A stretch of 64,000 bases of DNA from positions 18,881 to 82,880 of the forward strand of contig JAZPYO010000034.1 of assembly GCA_045544195.1 (NCBI GenBank), given 5' to 3'. Source of the DNA: Eubacteriales bacterium (lineage in GTDB: Bacteria; Bacillota; Clostridia; Oscillospirales; CAG-272). Positions 57,201 to 64,000 of this stretch are shown here, piece by piece; position 1 is the stretch's first letter; the number at the start of each line of letters is the position of its first letter. The notes under the pieces are model-generated. The model saw nothing but the letters and a program-made list of their open reading frames with translations, did no database searches and had not been told where the DNA came from. Position numbers and translations under genes: made by a program.

Positions 57201-57351
57201 GAAGATCACAAGCGTTATGAAGCGTAACGCCGAAAAGATATGCTCAGATACTTTGGCATTGGAAATAGTATATTCTGCGGGCGGTGCTTATACTGCTGAT
57301 TGGAGCATCAATGGCGAAGAAACGTCATTCGGCGTTACAAAGCGTGCGTAA
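54238..57351 (+). CDS. ileS: Isoleucine--tRNA ligase (long, type 2 form)
   Basis: HIGH motif PPTANGKPHIGH; KMSKS present (QKMSKSKGN); Zn-module cysteines CPQCGG. The spacing from GGAGA favours ATG 54238. Confidence 0.95.
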   Translation: MYNKVPSNLDFQSREKATERFWKENKIFEKSIDIREGGENFTFYDGPPTANGKPHIGHVLTRVIKDMIPRYRTMKGYHVLRKAGWDTHGLPVELEVEKLLGLDGKEQVEQYGLEPFINKCKESVWKYKGMWEDFSGTVGYWADMDDPYVTYTNDYIESVWWSLKKIYDDGLLYKGFKIVPYCPRCGTPLSSHEVAQGYKDVKEKSAIAKFRIKGEENAYYLAWTTTPWTLPSNVALCVNAKEDYVKVSANEEVYVLAQALAEKILGEYTVIEKYKGAELEGREYEPLFDFVKPEEKAFYITCADYVTLTDGTGIVHIAPAFGEDDAQVGRKYGLPFVQLVDAKGCMTAETPWAGTFCKDADKDVLYDLKVRGLLFKTLPFEHSYPFCWRCDTPLIYYARNTWFIRMTDVKDKLLKNNATINWMPETIGTGRFGEWLKNVQDWGISRDRYWGTPLNIWECSCGHRHSIGSIAELKEMSDNCPDNIELHRPYIDDVTIKCPQCGGEMHRVKEVIDCWYDSGAMPFAQWHYPFENKELFDQNFPADFISEAVDQTRGWFYSLLAISTLIFDKAPYKNVIVLGHVQDENGQKMSKSKGNAVDPFDALEKHGADAIRWYFYSNSAPWLPNRFHSAAVTEGQRKFMGTLWNTYAFFVLYANIDNFNAADHKLDHSKLTVMDKWILSKLNSLVNTVDGYLFDYKITETSRVMEKFVDELSNWYVRRCRERFWAKELTDDKIAAYMTLYTCLVTFVKLACPLIPFVTEDIYRNLVALNDPSAPESVHLCDYPVADSAFIDPELEKEMDEAADIVALGRACRNAAVIKNRQPLAEMFIHAPNKLNGYYIDIIKDELNVKNASFVDDLSAFTTFTFKPQLKTLGRKLGKLINECREVLSAIDGNKAMAELEATGTLKLILSGEEYTLERDDLLIDSGKVEGFESISDKGITVVLNTVLDDALIEEGFVREIISKIQTMRKDAGFEVMDNITVNVSGSEKITSVMKRNAEKICSDTLALEIVYSAGGAYTADWSINGEETSFGVTKRA

Positions 57352-57363
57352 CGGAAGGGTATT

Positions 57364-57768
57364 ATGAGAAGAAGTGAAGCAAGAGAATGGGCATTCAAGC
57401 TCATATTCGAAAGTCTGTTCCATCAGGATCTGACGTCAGAGGATATATTAAACAGCGCTCTGGCGATCGAAGGCTTTGAAGCAGATAAATATATCGTAAG
57501 CGTATTTGAAGGCGTACTGTCCGCATGCGATGAGCTTGACAGTACGGTCAGCAAGTATGCTAAAGGCTGGTCAAGTGAGAGAATATCAAAGGTTTCGCTT
57601 TCAATTTTGCGTCTTTCTTTATACGAAATGCGTTACGTTGACGATGTTCCAATGAGCGTTTCGATAAACGAAGCAGTTGAGCTTGCCAAAAAATACGATA
57701 CGGATAACGCTCCTGCATTTATTAACGGAATACTTAATTCGATAGCCAAGGCAGAGAATATTTCGTGA
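57364..57768 (+). CDS. nusB: Transcription antitermination factor NusB
   Basis: 134 aa. RRSEAREWAFKLIF start and ILRLSLYEMRYVDDVP...INEAVELAKKY. Confidence 0.9.
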   Translation: MRRSEAREWAFKLIFESLFHQDLTSEDILNSALAIEGFEADKYIVSVFEGVLSACDELDSTVSKYAKGWSSERISKVSLSILRLSLYEMRYVDDVPMSVSINEAVELAKKYDTDNAPAFINGILNSIAKAENIS

Positions 57769-58694
57769 AAACTTTAGGTATTGATACAAGTAATTATACA
57801 ACCTCGGCAAGCGTGTGCGAAGATGGGGTAATTACGGAGAATATCCGTATACCCCTGCCCGTTGCCAAAGGCGGCGTCGGGTTAAGACAGTCCGACGCCG
57901 TGTTTGCTCATATAAAAAATATCCCGATCGCTATGCAGAATCTGAAATGTGATATTTCGGACATTTCAGCAGTCGGAGTAAGCGCAAGACCGCGTGATGC
58001 AGAAGGCTCATATATGCCGTGCTTTCTTACCGGTGTTGCATCAGCATCTGCAATTGCAAAAAGCCTTAACGTTCCGCTTTTTGAGTTTTCGCACCAGGCA
58101 GGTCATATGCGTGCAGCAGAGTATTCTTCAAATGCTGAGCTATGCGAAAGATTTTATGCATATCATCTTTCAGGCGGTACGTTTGAGCTTTTGCAGGTAG
58201 ATAAAAAAGACAACGGGTATGATGTTGCGATCATCGGTGGCACAAAGGACGTTACAGCCGGTCAGCTTATTGACAGAGTAGGTGTAAAGCTCGGACTTGA
58301 TTTTCCCTGCGGAAGACATCTGCAAGCTCTTGCAGATGAATATACAGGACAGCTTCAAAGACCAAAAATATGCGTTGACGGACTTTACTGCAATATGTCG
58401 GGCGGTGAAAATCTTTGCGAAAAGCTGATATTGTCAGGTGCTGAAAAAAGCTACGTGTGTGCATTTCTCACAGAGTTTATCAGATCAACGCTTGAAGCGA
58501 TGACAGATGCGCTTATAAAAAAGGTTGGAAAATGCAATATACTGTTTTCGGGCGGTGTTGCCTCGAATACAACGCTTTCTGCATTTATGAAGAACAAATA
58601 CGGCGCGTATTGTGCTGAAGCACAATTTTCACAGGACAACGGTGCAGGAATTGCACTGTTATGTATGGATAGGATAAATGCCGATAAGAAATGA
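57765..58694 (+). CDS. Kae1/TsaD-like ASKHA-fold protein (peptidase M22 family paralog)
   Basis: 309 aa. TLGIDTSNYTTSASV parallels the ILGIESSCDETSVAV of the bona fide TsaD in this window. FSHQAGHM retains an HxxxH pair, and SGGVASNT is present. The GTG start overlaps the nusB stop. Confidence 0.6.
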   Translation: MKTLGIDTSNYTTSASVCEDGVITENIRIPLPVAKGGVGLRQSDAVFAHIKNIPIAMQNLKCDISDISAVGVSARPRDAEGSYMPCFLTGVASASAIAKSLNVPLFEFSHQAGHMRAAEYSSNAELCERFYAYHLSGGTFELLQVDKKDNGYDVAIIGGTKDVTAGQLIDRVGVKLGLDFPCGRHLQALADEYTGQLQRPKICVDGLYCNMSGGENLCEKLILSGAEKSYVCAFLTEFIRSTLEAMTDALIKKVGKCNILFSGGVASNTTLSAFMKNKYGAYCAEAQFSQDNGAGIALLCMDRINADKK

Positions 58695-59892
58695 TAAAAA
58701 TGTGCTGACTGTAAGTCAGCTTAACGATTATATAAAAATGCTGCTTGATAATTCTCCTGTGCTTTCAAGCGTTTATATTTCCGGGGAAATATCAAATCTG
58801 AAGCTCCATTCTTCAAGCGGTCATTTGTATTTCACGCTTAAGGATCAGATGTCGAGTGTAAAGGCGGTTATGTTTCGTTCTTCTGTTGAAAAGCTGCGTT
58901 TTGTTCTCGAAAACGGAATGCAGGTCATTGTCAACGGCAGAGTTTCAGCATATGTCCGTGACGGAGTTTATCAGATATATGCTTCATCAATAACTCCTGA
59001 GGGGATAGGCGATATAGCCCTGTCCTTTGAGCAGTTGAAGGAAAAACTGAGATCAGCAGGTCTGTTTGATGAAAAATACAAAAAGCCAATACCGGATTTC
59101 CCAAGAAAAATCGGCATTATAACCTCACCTACGGGTGCGGCGATAAAAGATATTATAAACGTAACATCGAGACGGTATTCCGTCTGCGAGCTTATTCTGT
59201 ATCCTGCGTTGGTGCAGGGCATCGCAGCTGAAGAAACATTGGTAAACGGAATAAATTATTTTTCGGAAAGTGATGTAGATGTAATAATAATCGGCAGGGG
59301 CGGCGGCTCGGGCGAGGATCTGCAGGCGTTTAATTCGGAAAAATTAGCTCGTGCGATATTCGCCTGCAAAATACCCGTAATTTCAGCGGTCGGTCACGAG
59401 CAGGATTACTCTATCTGCGATTTTGTTTCTGATCTCAGAGCGCCTACACCGTCTGCCGCAGCAGAGCTTGCAGTTCCTGATAAGGATGAGCTAAAGGCGG
59501 CCTTATCAGTGAAAAAAGCCGCTATCGTGAAGGCGATAAAAGATAGAATAGCATCAGAAAGAGAATATACGGACAAACTCAGATCATCAGCCGTTTTCTC
59601 ATCTGAATTTCCGCTTATCGTCGAAAAGCGCGAGCAACTTAAGCAGTATGAAAATGATATGTTATGCTCACTTGATGATATGATACAAAAAAAGCGTACT
59701 GTACTGTCCGCTTGCAGTGTCAGACTGGACGGTCAGAGTCCTCTTGCGATTTTGTCAAGAGGGTATGCAAGCGTCAGTAAGAACGGTGTTACGGTGAAAA
59801 GTGTCCGACAGATCAACGCTGAAGATGAGATAAGGCTCGTTTTTTCTGACGGTGATGCAAAAGCAAGGATAATTGAACGAAAGGAAGAATGA
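58678..59892 (+). CDS. xseA: Exodeoxyribonuclease VII large subunit
   Basis: LTVSQLNDYIKMLLD start with an OB fold, IGIITSPTGAAIKDI, IIIGRGGGSGEDL and a C-terminal coiled coil. Confidence 0.9.
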   Translation: MPIRNDKNVLTVSQLNDYIKMLLDNSPVLSSVYISGEISNLKLHSSSGHLYFTLKDQMSSVKAVMFRSSVEKLRFVLENGMQVIVNGRVSAYVRDGVYQIYASSITPEGIGDIALSFEQLKEKLRSAGLFDEKYKKPIPDFPRKIGIITSPTGAAIKDIINVTSRRYSVCELILYPALVQGIAAEETLVNGINYFSESDVDVIIIGRGGGSGEDLQAFNSEKLARAIFACKIPVISAVGHEQDYSICDFVSDLRAPTPSAAAELAVPDKDELKAALSVKKAAIVKAIKDRIASEREYTDKLRSSAVFSSEFPLIVEKREQLKQYENDMLCSLDDMIQKKRTVLSACSVRLDGQSPLAILSRGYASVSKNGVTVKSVRQINAEDEIRLVFSDGDAKARIIERKEE

Positions 59893-59893
59893 T

Positions 59894-60073
59894 ATGGAAC
59901 TGACGTTCGAAGCAGCAATACAAAGGCTTGATGAGCTGACAGAGCTTTTATCAAGCGGAGATGTACCCTTGGATGAGGCGTTGAGCCTTTTTGAAGAGGG
60001 AATTGCTCTTATAAAGCATTCAAATAAGCTTCTTGATGAAGCAGAACAGAAAGTAAAGGTTATAAGTGAATGA
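59894..60073 (+). CDS. xseB: Exodeoxyribonuclease VII small subunit
   Basis: MELTFEAAIQRLDELTELLSSGDVPLDEALSLFEEG. The ATG at 59894 lies directly after the xseA stop, behind AAGGAAG. Confidence 0.85.
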   Translation: MELTFEAAIQRLDELTELLSSGDVPLDEALSLFEEGIALIKHSNKLLDEAEQKVKVISE

Positions 60074-60960
60074 TGAGTATTAAAGAAATATTGAAATCGA
60101 ATGCAGAATTGATGGATGAATATATAATTTCCGCCTTGCCTGCTCCCGATAGCGATTATCCCGTTATTTTCGACGCAGTAAAATACAGCGCCGAGAGCGG
60201 CGGTAAACGTATAAGACCGACATTAACGCTTGAGTTTTGCAGAATGCTCGGCGGTAAGGATGAGGACGCGCTCGTTCTGGCTGCCGCTCTTGAAATGATA
60301 CATACATATTCACTTATACATGATGATCTGCCTTGTATGGATAACGACGATCTCCGCCGTGGAAAGCCTACTAATCACAAGGTTTTCGGCGAGGACGTTG
60401 CAACCTTGGCAGGTGACGCTTTGCTCACATACGCCTTTGAGCTTATTGTATCGTCTTCACTTTCCGATGATATAAAAATAAAGGCCGTCAAGGCACTTTC
60501 CTATAACGCAGGTATGTACGGTATGATAGGCGGTCAGGTCATGGATATGCAGGGTGAGAAAACGCCCTTGACGAAGGATGAGCTTTATAAAATGAACCGT
60601 CTTAAAACAGGATGCCTTATTAAATGCGCGTGCATTTTCGGAATTCTTGCCGCTTCAAATACGGTTAGCGTTCCGCACGGATTATACGGTGATGCGGAAA
60701 AATATGCTGACGGTATAGGTGTATCTTTCCAGATAACAGATGATATACTCGATGTCATAGGAGATGAAAAGCTGTTCGGAAAGCCCATAGGCAGTGATAT
60801 TGAAAGCGGAAAGACCACGTTCACAACTGTTTATACAGTCCAAGAGGCATCGCAGATAGCCAAGGAGCTTACTGATAGTGCAATAGATGCAATATCAAAA
60901 TATCCCGCATCTGATGTACTTACAGAGCTTGCAAAGCAGCTTTTGTCAAGACAATCATAA
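60070..60960 (+). CDS. ispA: (E)-polyprenyl diphosphate synthase, farnesyl/geranylgeranyl diphosphate synthase type
   Basis: First DDxxD-type motif LIHDDLPCMDNDDLRRGKPT and second motif FQITDDILD. Confidence 0.85.
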   Translation: MMSIKEILKSNAELMDEYIISALPAPDSDYPVIFDAVKYSAESGGKRIRPTLTLEFCRMLGGKDEDALVLAAALEMIHTYSLIHDDLPCMDNDDLRRGKPTNHKVFGEDVATLAGDALLTYAFELIVSSSLSDDIKIKAVKALSYNAGMYGMIGGQVMDMQGEKTPLTKDELYKMNRLKTGCLIKCACIFGILAASNTVSVPHGLYGDAEKYADGIGVSFQITDDILDVIGDEKLFGKPIGSDIESGKTTFTTVYTVQEASQIAKELTDSAIDAISKYPASDVLTELAKQLLSRQS

Positions 60961-61013
60961 TTTATAATTATACACTTGAAAATTCACATTAAATGTGTTA
61001 GATTTATTTTAAA

Positions 61014-61745
61014 ATGAGAATAGATGTATATTTATTCAACAACGGATATACAAAAAGCAGAGAAGAAGCACAAAAGCTAATAAAGCTCGGATGTGTCAAG
61101 ATCAACGGCGAAAAAACCTGTAAGCCTTCCTTTGCCATCGATGGCGAGTGCAGTATAGAAATTGAAAATCCCTTTGCATATGTCAGCAGAGGAGGAGACA
61201 AGCTGCGCGCCGCACTGGACACCTTCGGCGTTTCTGTCAGCGGTCGGTGCTGCGTTGATATAGGTGCTTCTACCGGCGGATTTACCGACTGCCTTTTACA
61301 GTACGGCGCGTCAAAGGTTTTTGCAATAGATTCGGGAACAGGTCAGCTTGCAGAATCTTTGAAAAGCTCACCGAGAGTCGTGAGCATGGAAAATGTAAAT
61401 GCAAGGTACCTTCGTGCATCTGATATACCCGAAAAATGCACTTTGTGCGTCATGGACGTTTCTTTTATATCGCAAACACTGATATATAGCGCCGTTGCGG
61501 ACATTTTACAAGACGGTGGGGAATTTATTTCTCTTGTAAAGCCGCAATTTGAAGCGGGAAGGGGCAATGTCGGTAAGGGCGGTATCGTTAAAGACGAAAA
61601 AATAAGACAGCGTGTTCTGGAGAATATTATTCAGCAAGCTGAGCTATACGGTCTCAGATACGTTTCTCACATCACCTCACCTATAAAGGGCGGCGACGGT
61701 AATACGGAATATCTGGCATACTTTATAAAACAGAATGGATGTTAA
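61014..61745 (+). CDS. tlyA: TlyA-family rRNA (cytidine-2'-O)-methyltransferase
   Basis: N-terminal S4 domain (RIDVYLFNNGYTKSREEAQKLIKLG), VSRGGDKL, SAM motif DIGASTGGFTD and KPQFE. Confidence 0.88.
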   Translation: MRIDVYLFNNGYTKSREEAQKLIKLGCVKINGEKTCKPSFAIDGECSIEIENPFAYVSRGGDKLRAALDTFGVSVSGRCCVDIGASTGGFTDCLLQYGASKVFAIDSGTGQLAESLKSSPRVVSMENVNARYLRASDIPEKCTLCVMDVSFISQTLIYSAVADILQDGGEFISLVKPQFEAGRGNVGKGGIVKDEKIRQRVLENIIQQAELYGLRYVSHITSPIKGGDGNTEYLAYFIKQNGC

Positions 61746-61749
61746 ACTG

Positions 61750-62223
61750 ATGGAACAAGGTAACTTAATAAAGAAGAGACGGCATATGAAGATCCTTGAG
61801 CTGATCACAAACGAGGATATTGTGACACAGGATGATCTTACAGAGCTTCTCAGACTTTCAGGCTTTGAGGTAACTCAGGCGACGGTATCGAGAGATATAA
61901 GAGAATTGAAGCTCACTAAAGCCGCTGACGAAAACGGCGTATATAAATACACCATCTCGCAGAGCGATGAGGAGCGTCCCTTAGGTAAGTACGGATTTAT
62001 TCTCCGTGAAACAGTTATAAGCTGGGAAAAGGCTTATTCGCTTGTGGTGGTCAAAACGATATCAGGCATGGCGAATGCTGCATGTGCCGCAATAGATCAT
62101 CTGCAGTGGAGCGAGGTAGTCGGTACTATCGCAGGTGACGATACGATATTTATTGCATCAAGAGGACTTGCAGAGGTCGATGCGATAGTTGAAAAATTGG
62201 AAAAAATCAAATTGAAGGTGTAA
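61750..62223 (+). CDS. argR: Arginine repressor
   Basis: KKRRHMKILELITNEDIVTQDDLTELLRLSGFEVTQATVSRDIRELKL winged helix and C-terminal GTIAGDDTIF. The start is chosen at ATG 61750, just after the tlyA stop. Confidence 0.85.
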   Translation: MEQGNLIKKRRHMKILELITNEDIVTQDDLTELLRLSGFEVTQATVSRDIRELKLTKAADENGVYKYTISQSDEERPLGKYGFILRETVISWEKAYSLVVVKTISGMANAACAAIDHLQWSEVVGTIAGDDTIFIASRGLAEVDAIVEKLEKIKLKV

Positions 62224-62253
62224 TACTTTAATTTACTTTCGGGAGGTGATAGT

Positions 62254-63936
62254 TTGCTTGCGAGCTTGCATATAGAGAATATTGCAGTCATAAAGAGCCT
62301 TGATATTGACTTTGCTCAAGGATTTTCGGCATTCACGGGCGAGACAGGTGCGGGCAAATCTATCATTATGAACTCCTTAGATCTTTTGTGCGGAGAAAAG
62401 CTTCGCCGTGATATGATAAGAACGGGCGAGGATACCGCACTCGTTTCGGCGCTGTTTACTGACATTGATGAACGGATCGAAGCTGTGCTGTCAGAGAACG
62501 GCATACCGTGTCAGGACGGTGAAATATTTGTTTCACGTTATGGAACGATCGACGGGAAAACTACCACAAAAGTTAACGGAAGGACTGTGCCTGCGTATGT
62601 TTTGCGCAGCATTATGCAGATGCTTCTCGCTATTCACGGTCAGCATTCCTCACAGGCGTTGCTTGACCCTGATAATTACATAGGATATCTTGATGCATTT
62701 TCGGAAAGTGATGAGGAGCTTCACCGATACCGATGCTTATACGATGAGTTTAAAAAGGAGCGTTCAAGCCTCCGCGCACTGATGAATGCATCGAAGGATA
62801 AAAGCGAGCGAATGGAGCTTTTGAGGGCGAGAATCAAAGAGATCGACCGTGTGAATCCAAAGCCAAATGAAGAGCAGTCCTTGCTTGAGCAGCGCTTAAG
62901 GATAAAAGAGCGAGAGCGGATATCAAAGCAGATAAAGCTGATAAATAAAGCACTGTATAAATCATCGTCAGCGCTATGCGCAGCCGATCTTATCGACAAG
63001 GCGTTTGAGGCATTGAATGAACTATACGATATACTCGGTGATGAAAAATGTGCGGAAAATGCCAAAAGGCTTGCGGATTTCAAGTACGAGATCGAGGATA
63101 TTGCGCTGAGTACCAAGCAGCTTTTGCCCGATGATGATCAGGATGATAAGGAAATGATCGACCGAATCGAAACGAGGCTTGATGATATTTCTTCGCTGAA
63201 AAAGAAATTCGGTGCTGATATTGAAGAAATCGCCGCTATAAGAAGATCTGCTGTTGAGGAGCTTGAAAGGCTCGATACTTCTGAAATTCTGATAAAGGAA
63301 ACGAAGGAAAAGCTACTTAAAATTTCTGATGAGTGCAGAAAAAACGCGTCTCGCCTTACAGAAAAGCGTAGACGCGGCGCTATCGCTCTTCAAAGACTGA
63401 TATGTAACGAGCTATCAGAGCTTGATATGAAGAAGATACGTTTCAGAATAGATGTTTCAGAGCGAGATGAATACGATGAAAGCGGTGCAAATTCAGTGAG
63501 CTTTCTTATTTCCGCCAATGAGGGCGAGGACGAAAGACCTGTTGACAGGATCGCCTCAGGCGGTGAGCTTTCACGCATTATGCTTGCAATGCAGACGGTT
63601 TTCAGGCGGAAAAACAATATACCTACCGTGATATACGATGAGATCGACACGGGAATTTCGGGCGGAACTTGTGAAAAAATAGGAAAAAAGCTGCAATGCA
63701 CAGCCGAGGGCTGTCAGGTGTTTGCTATAACTCATTCTGCACAGATAGCATCAACGGCGGATAATCACTATCTTATTTACAAGGAAGTTTCTTCAGGGAG
63801 AACTGAAACAAAAATAAAATTACTATCAAATGACGAAAGGATAAAGGAGCTATCTCGCATAATAGGCGGTGTTACAATAACGGAAAGCGTTGAATCTGCG
63901 GCACGCGAGATGATCGAAAACGGTAAAAGAAAATGA
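62254..63936 (+). CDS. recN: DNA repair protein RecN
   Basis: TTG start behind GGGAGGTGA. LHIENIAVIKSLDIDF, Walker A GETGAGKS, a long coiled coil, the SMC signature ASGGELSR and Walker B VIYDEID. Confidence 0.92.
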   Translation: MLASLHIENIAVIKSLDIDFAQGFSAFTGETGAGKSIIMNSLDLLCGEKLRRDMIRTGEDTALVSALFTDIDERIEAVLSENGIPCQDGEIFVSRYGTIDGKTTTKVNGRTVPAYVLRSIMQMLLAIHGQHSSQALLDPDNYIGYLDAFSESDEELHRYRCLYDEFKKERSSLRALMNASKDKSERMELLRARIKEIDRVNPKPNEEQSLLEQRLRIKERERISKQIKLINKALYKSSSALCAADLIDKAFEALNELYDILGDEKCAENAKRLADFKYEIEDIALSTKQLLPDDDQDDKEMIDRIETRLDDISSLKKKFGADIEEIAAIRRSAVEELERLDTSEILIKETKEKLLKISDECRKNASRLTEKRRRGAIALQRLICNELSELDMKKIRFRIDVSERDEYDESGANSVSFLISANEGEDERPVDRIASGGELSRIMLAMQTVFRRKNNIPTVIYDEIDTGISGGTCEKIGKKLQCTAEGCQVFAITHSAQIASTADNHYLIYKEVSSGRTETKIKLLSNDERIKELSRIIGGVTITESVESAAREMIENGKRK

Positions 63937-64000
63937 ATTTGTTGCAGGAATTTAAGGACAGAGGAATGCTTGCTCAGATAACTAACGAGGAAGCAGTAAA
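63933..64000 (+). CDS. tyrS: Probable tyrosine--tRNA ligase, first 22 codons only (3' end cut by window edge)
   Basis: The ATG overlaps the recN stop (ATGA). MNLLQEFKDRGMLAQITNEEAV resembles the TyrS N-terminus (xxLxELKxRGLxxQxTDEE). The fragment is too short to be certain. Confidence 0.5.
   Translation, partial: MNLLQEFKDRGMLAQITNEEAV

Noticed and set aside
1-64000. A search for CRISPR arrays, tRNA/rRNA genes, IS elements or transposases, integrases, prophage genes, toxin-antitoxin pairs and long tandem repeats.
   Set aside because: I could not find regularly spaced direct repeats, cloverleaf-like or rRNA-like sequence, DDE or tyrosine/serine recombinase motifs, or phage structural genes in any frame. 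The window appears to be core chromosome with a few orphan genes.

Overview
This is a 64-kb chromosomal segment from a Gram-positive anaerobe of the class Clostridia. Two type-I dockerin modules, sporulation genes (yunB, spoVB-like, yaaT), V-type ATPase genes and a folT-type THF riboswitch suggest an Oscillospiraceae/Ruminococcaceae-like, cellulosome- or amylosome-bearing organism; this is inference only. The window is dense, mostly plus-strand core genome.

Gene content, in order:
- V-ATPase B/D, galU, comEB, rimI-tsaD, an isocitrate-dehydrogenase-family gene, rex, and a dnaB/dnaD-like plus dnaI pair.
- A PrsW-like protein coupled to a transglutaminase-like lipoprotein, then an MBOAT plus DHHW acyltransferase pair.
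- THF riboswitch-folT, murE, an XRE-cupin regulator overlapping rsmE, and a PucR-type regulator.
- ftsE, ftsX, a coiled-coil M23 peptidase and an S41 peptidase, then greA-lysS.
- An accessory-looking stretch at about 27.2-36.1 kb.
- rlmB, ispE, a yaaO-like decarboxylase, holB, yaaT and a UgtP-like GT28 glycosyltransferase, pfkA, a dockerin-transglutaminase protein, yunB and a DUF1015 protein.
- alaS-mscL-HIT, a spoVB-like flippase, then ileS-nusB-(TsaD-like)-xseAB-ispA-tlyA-argR-recN-tyrS'.

I found no rRNA, tRNA, CRISPR array, transposase or integrase.

The items most worth a second look are:
1. A P1B-type-ATPase-derived membrane protein that has lost the catalytic motifs and carries a roughly 315-aa acidic tail.
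2. An FtsX with a roughly 295-aa domain inserted in its extracellular loop, inside an ftsEX-M23-S41 module.
3. A PrsW homolog lacking the catalytic Glu-Glu and His residues, translationally coupled to an intact transglutaminase-like lipoprotein.
4. A same-orientation DnaA-box cluster downstream of tsaD.
5. Several transglutaminase-like paralogs, one of them dockerin-borne.

All functional calls come from reading motifs in the translations by eye. No database search or computation was run.
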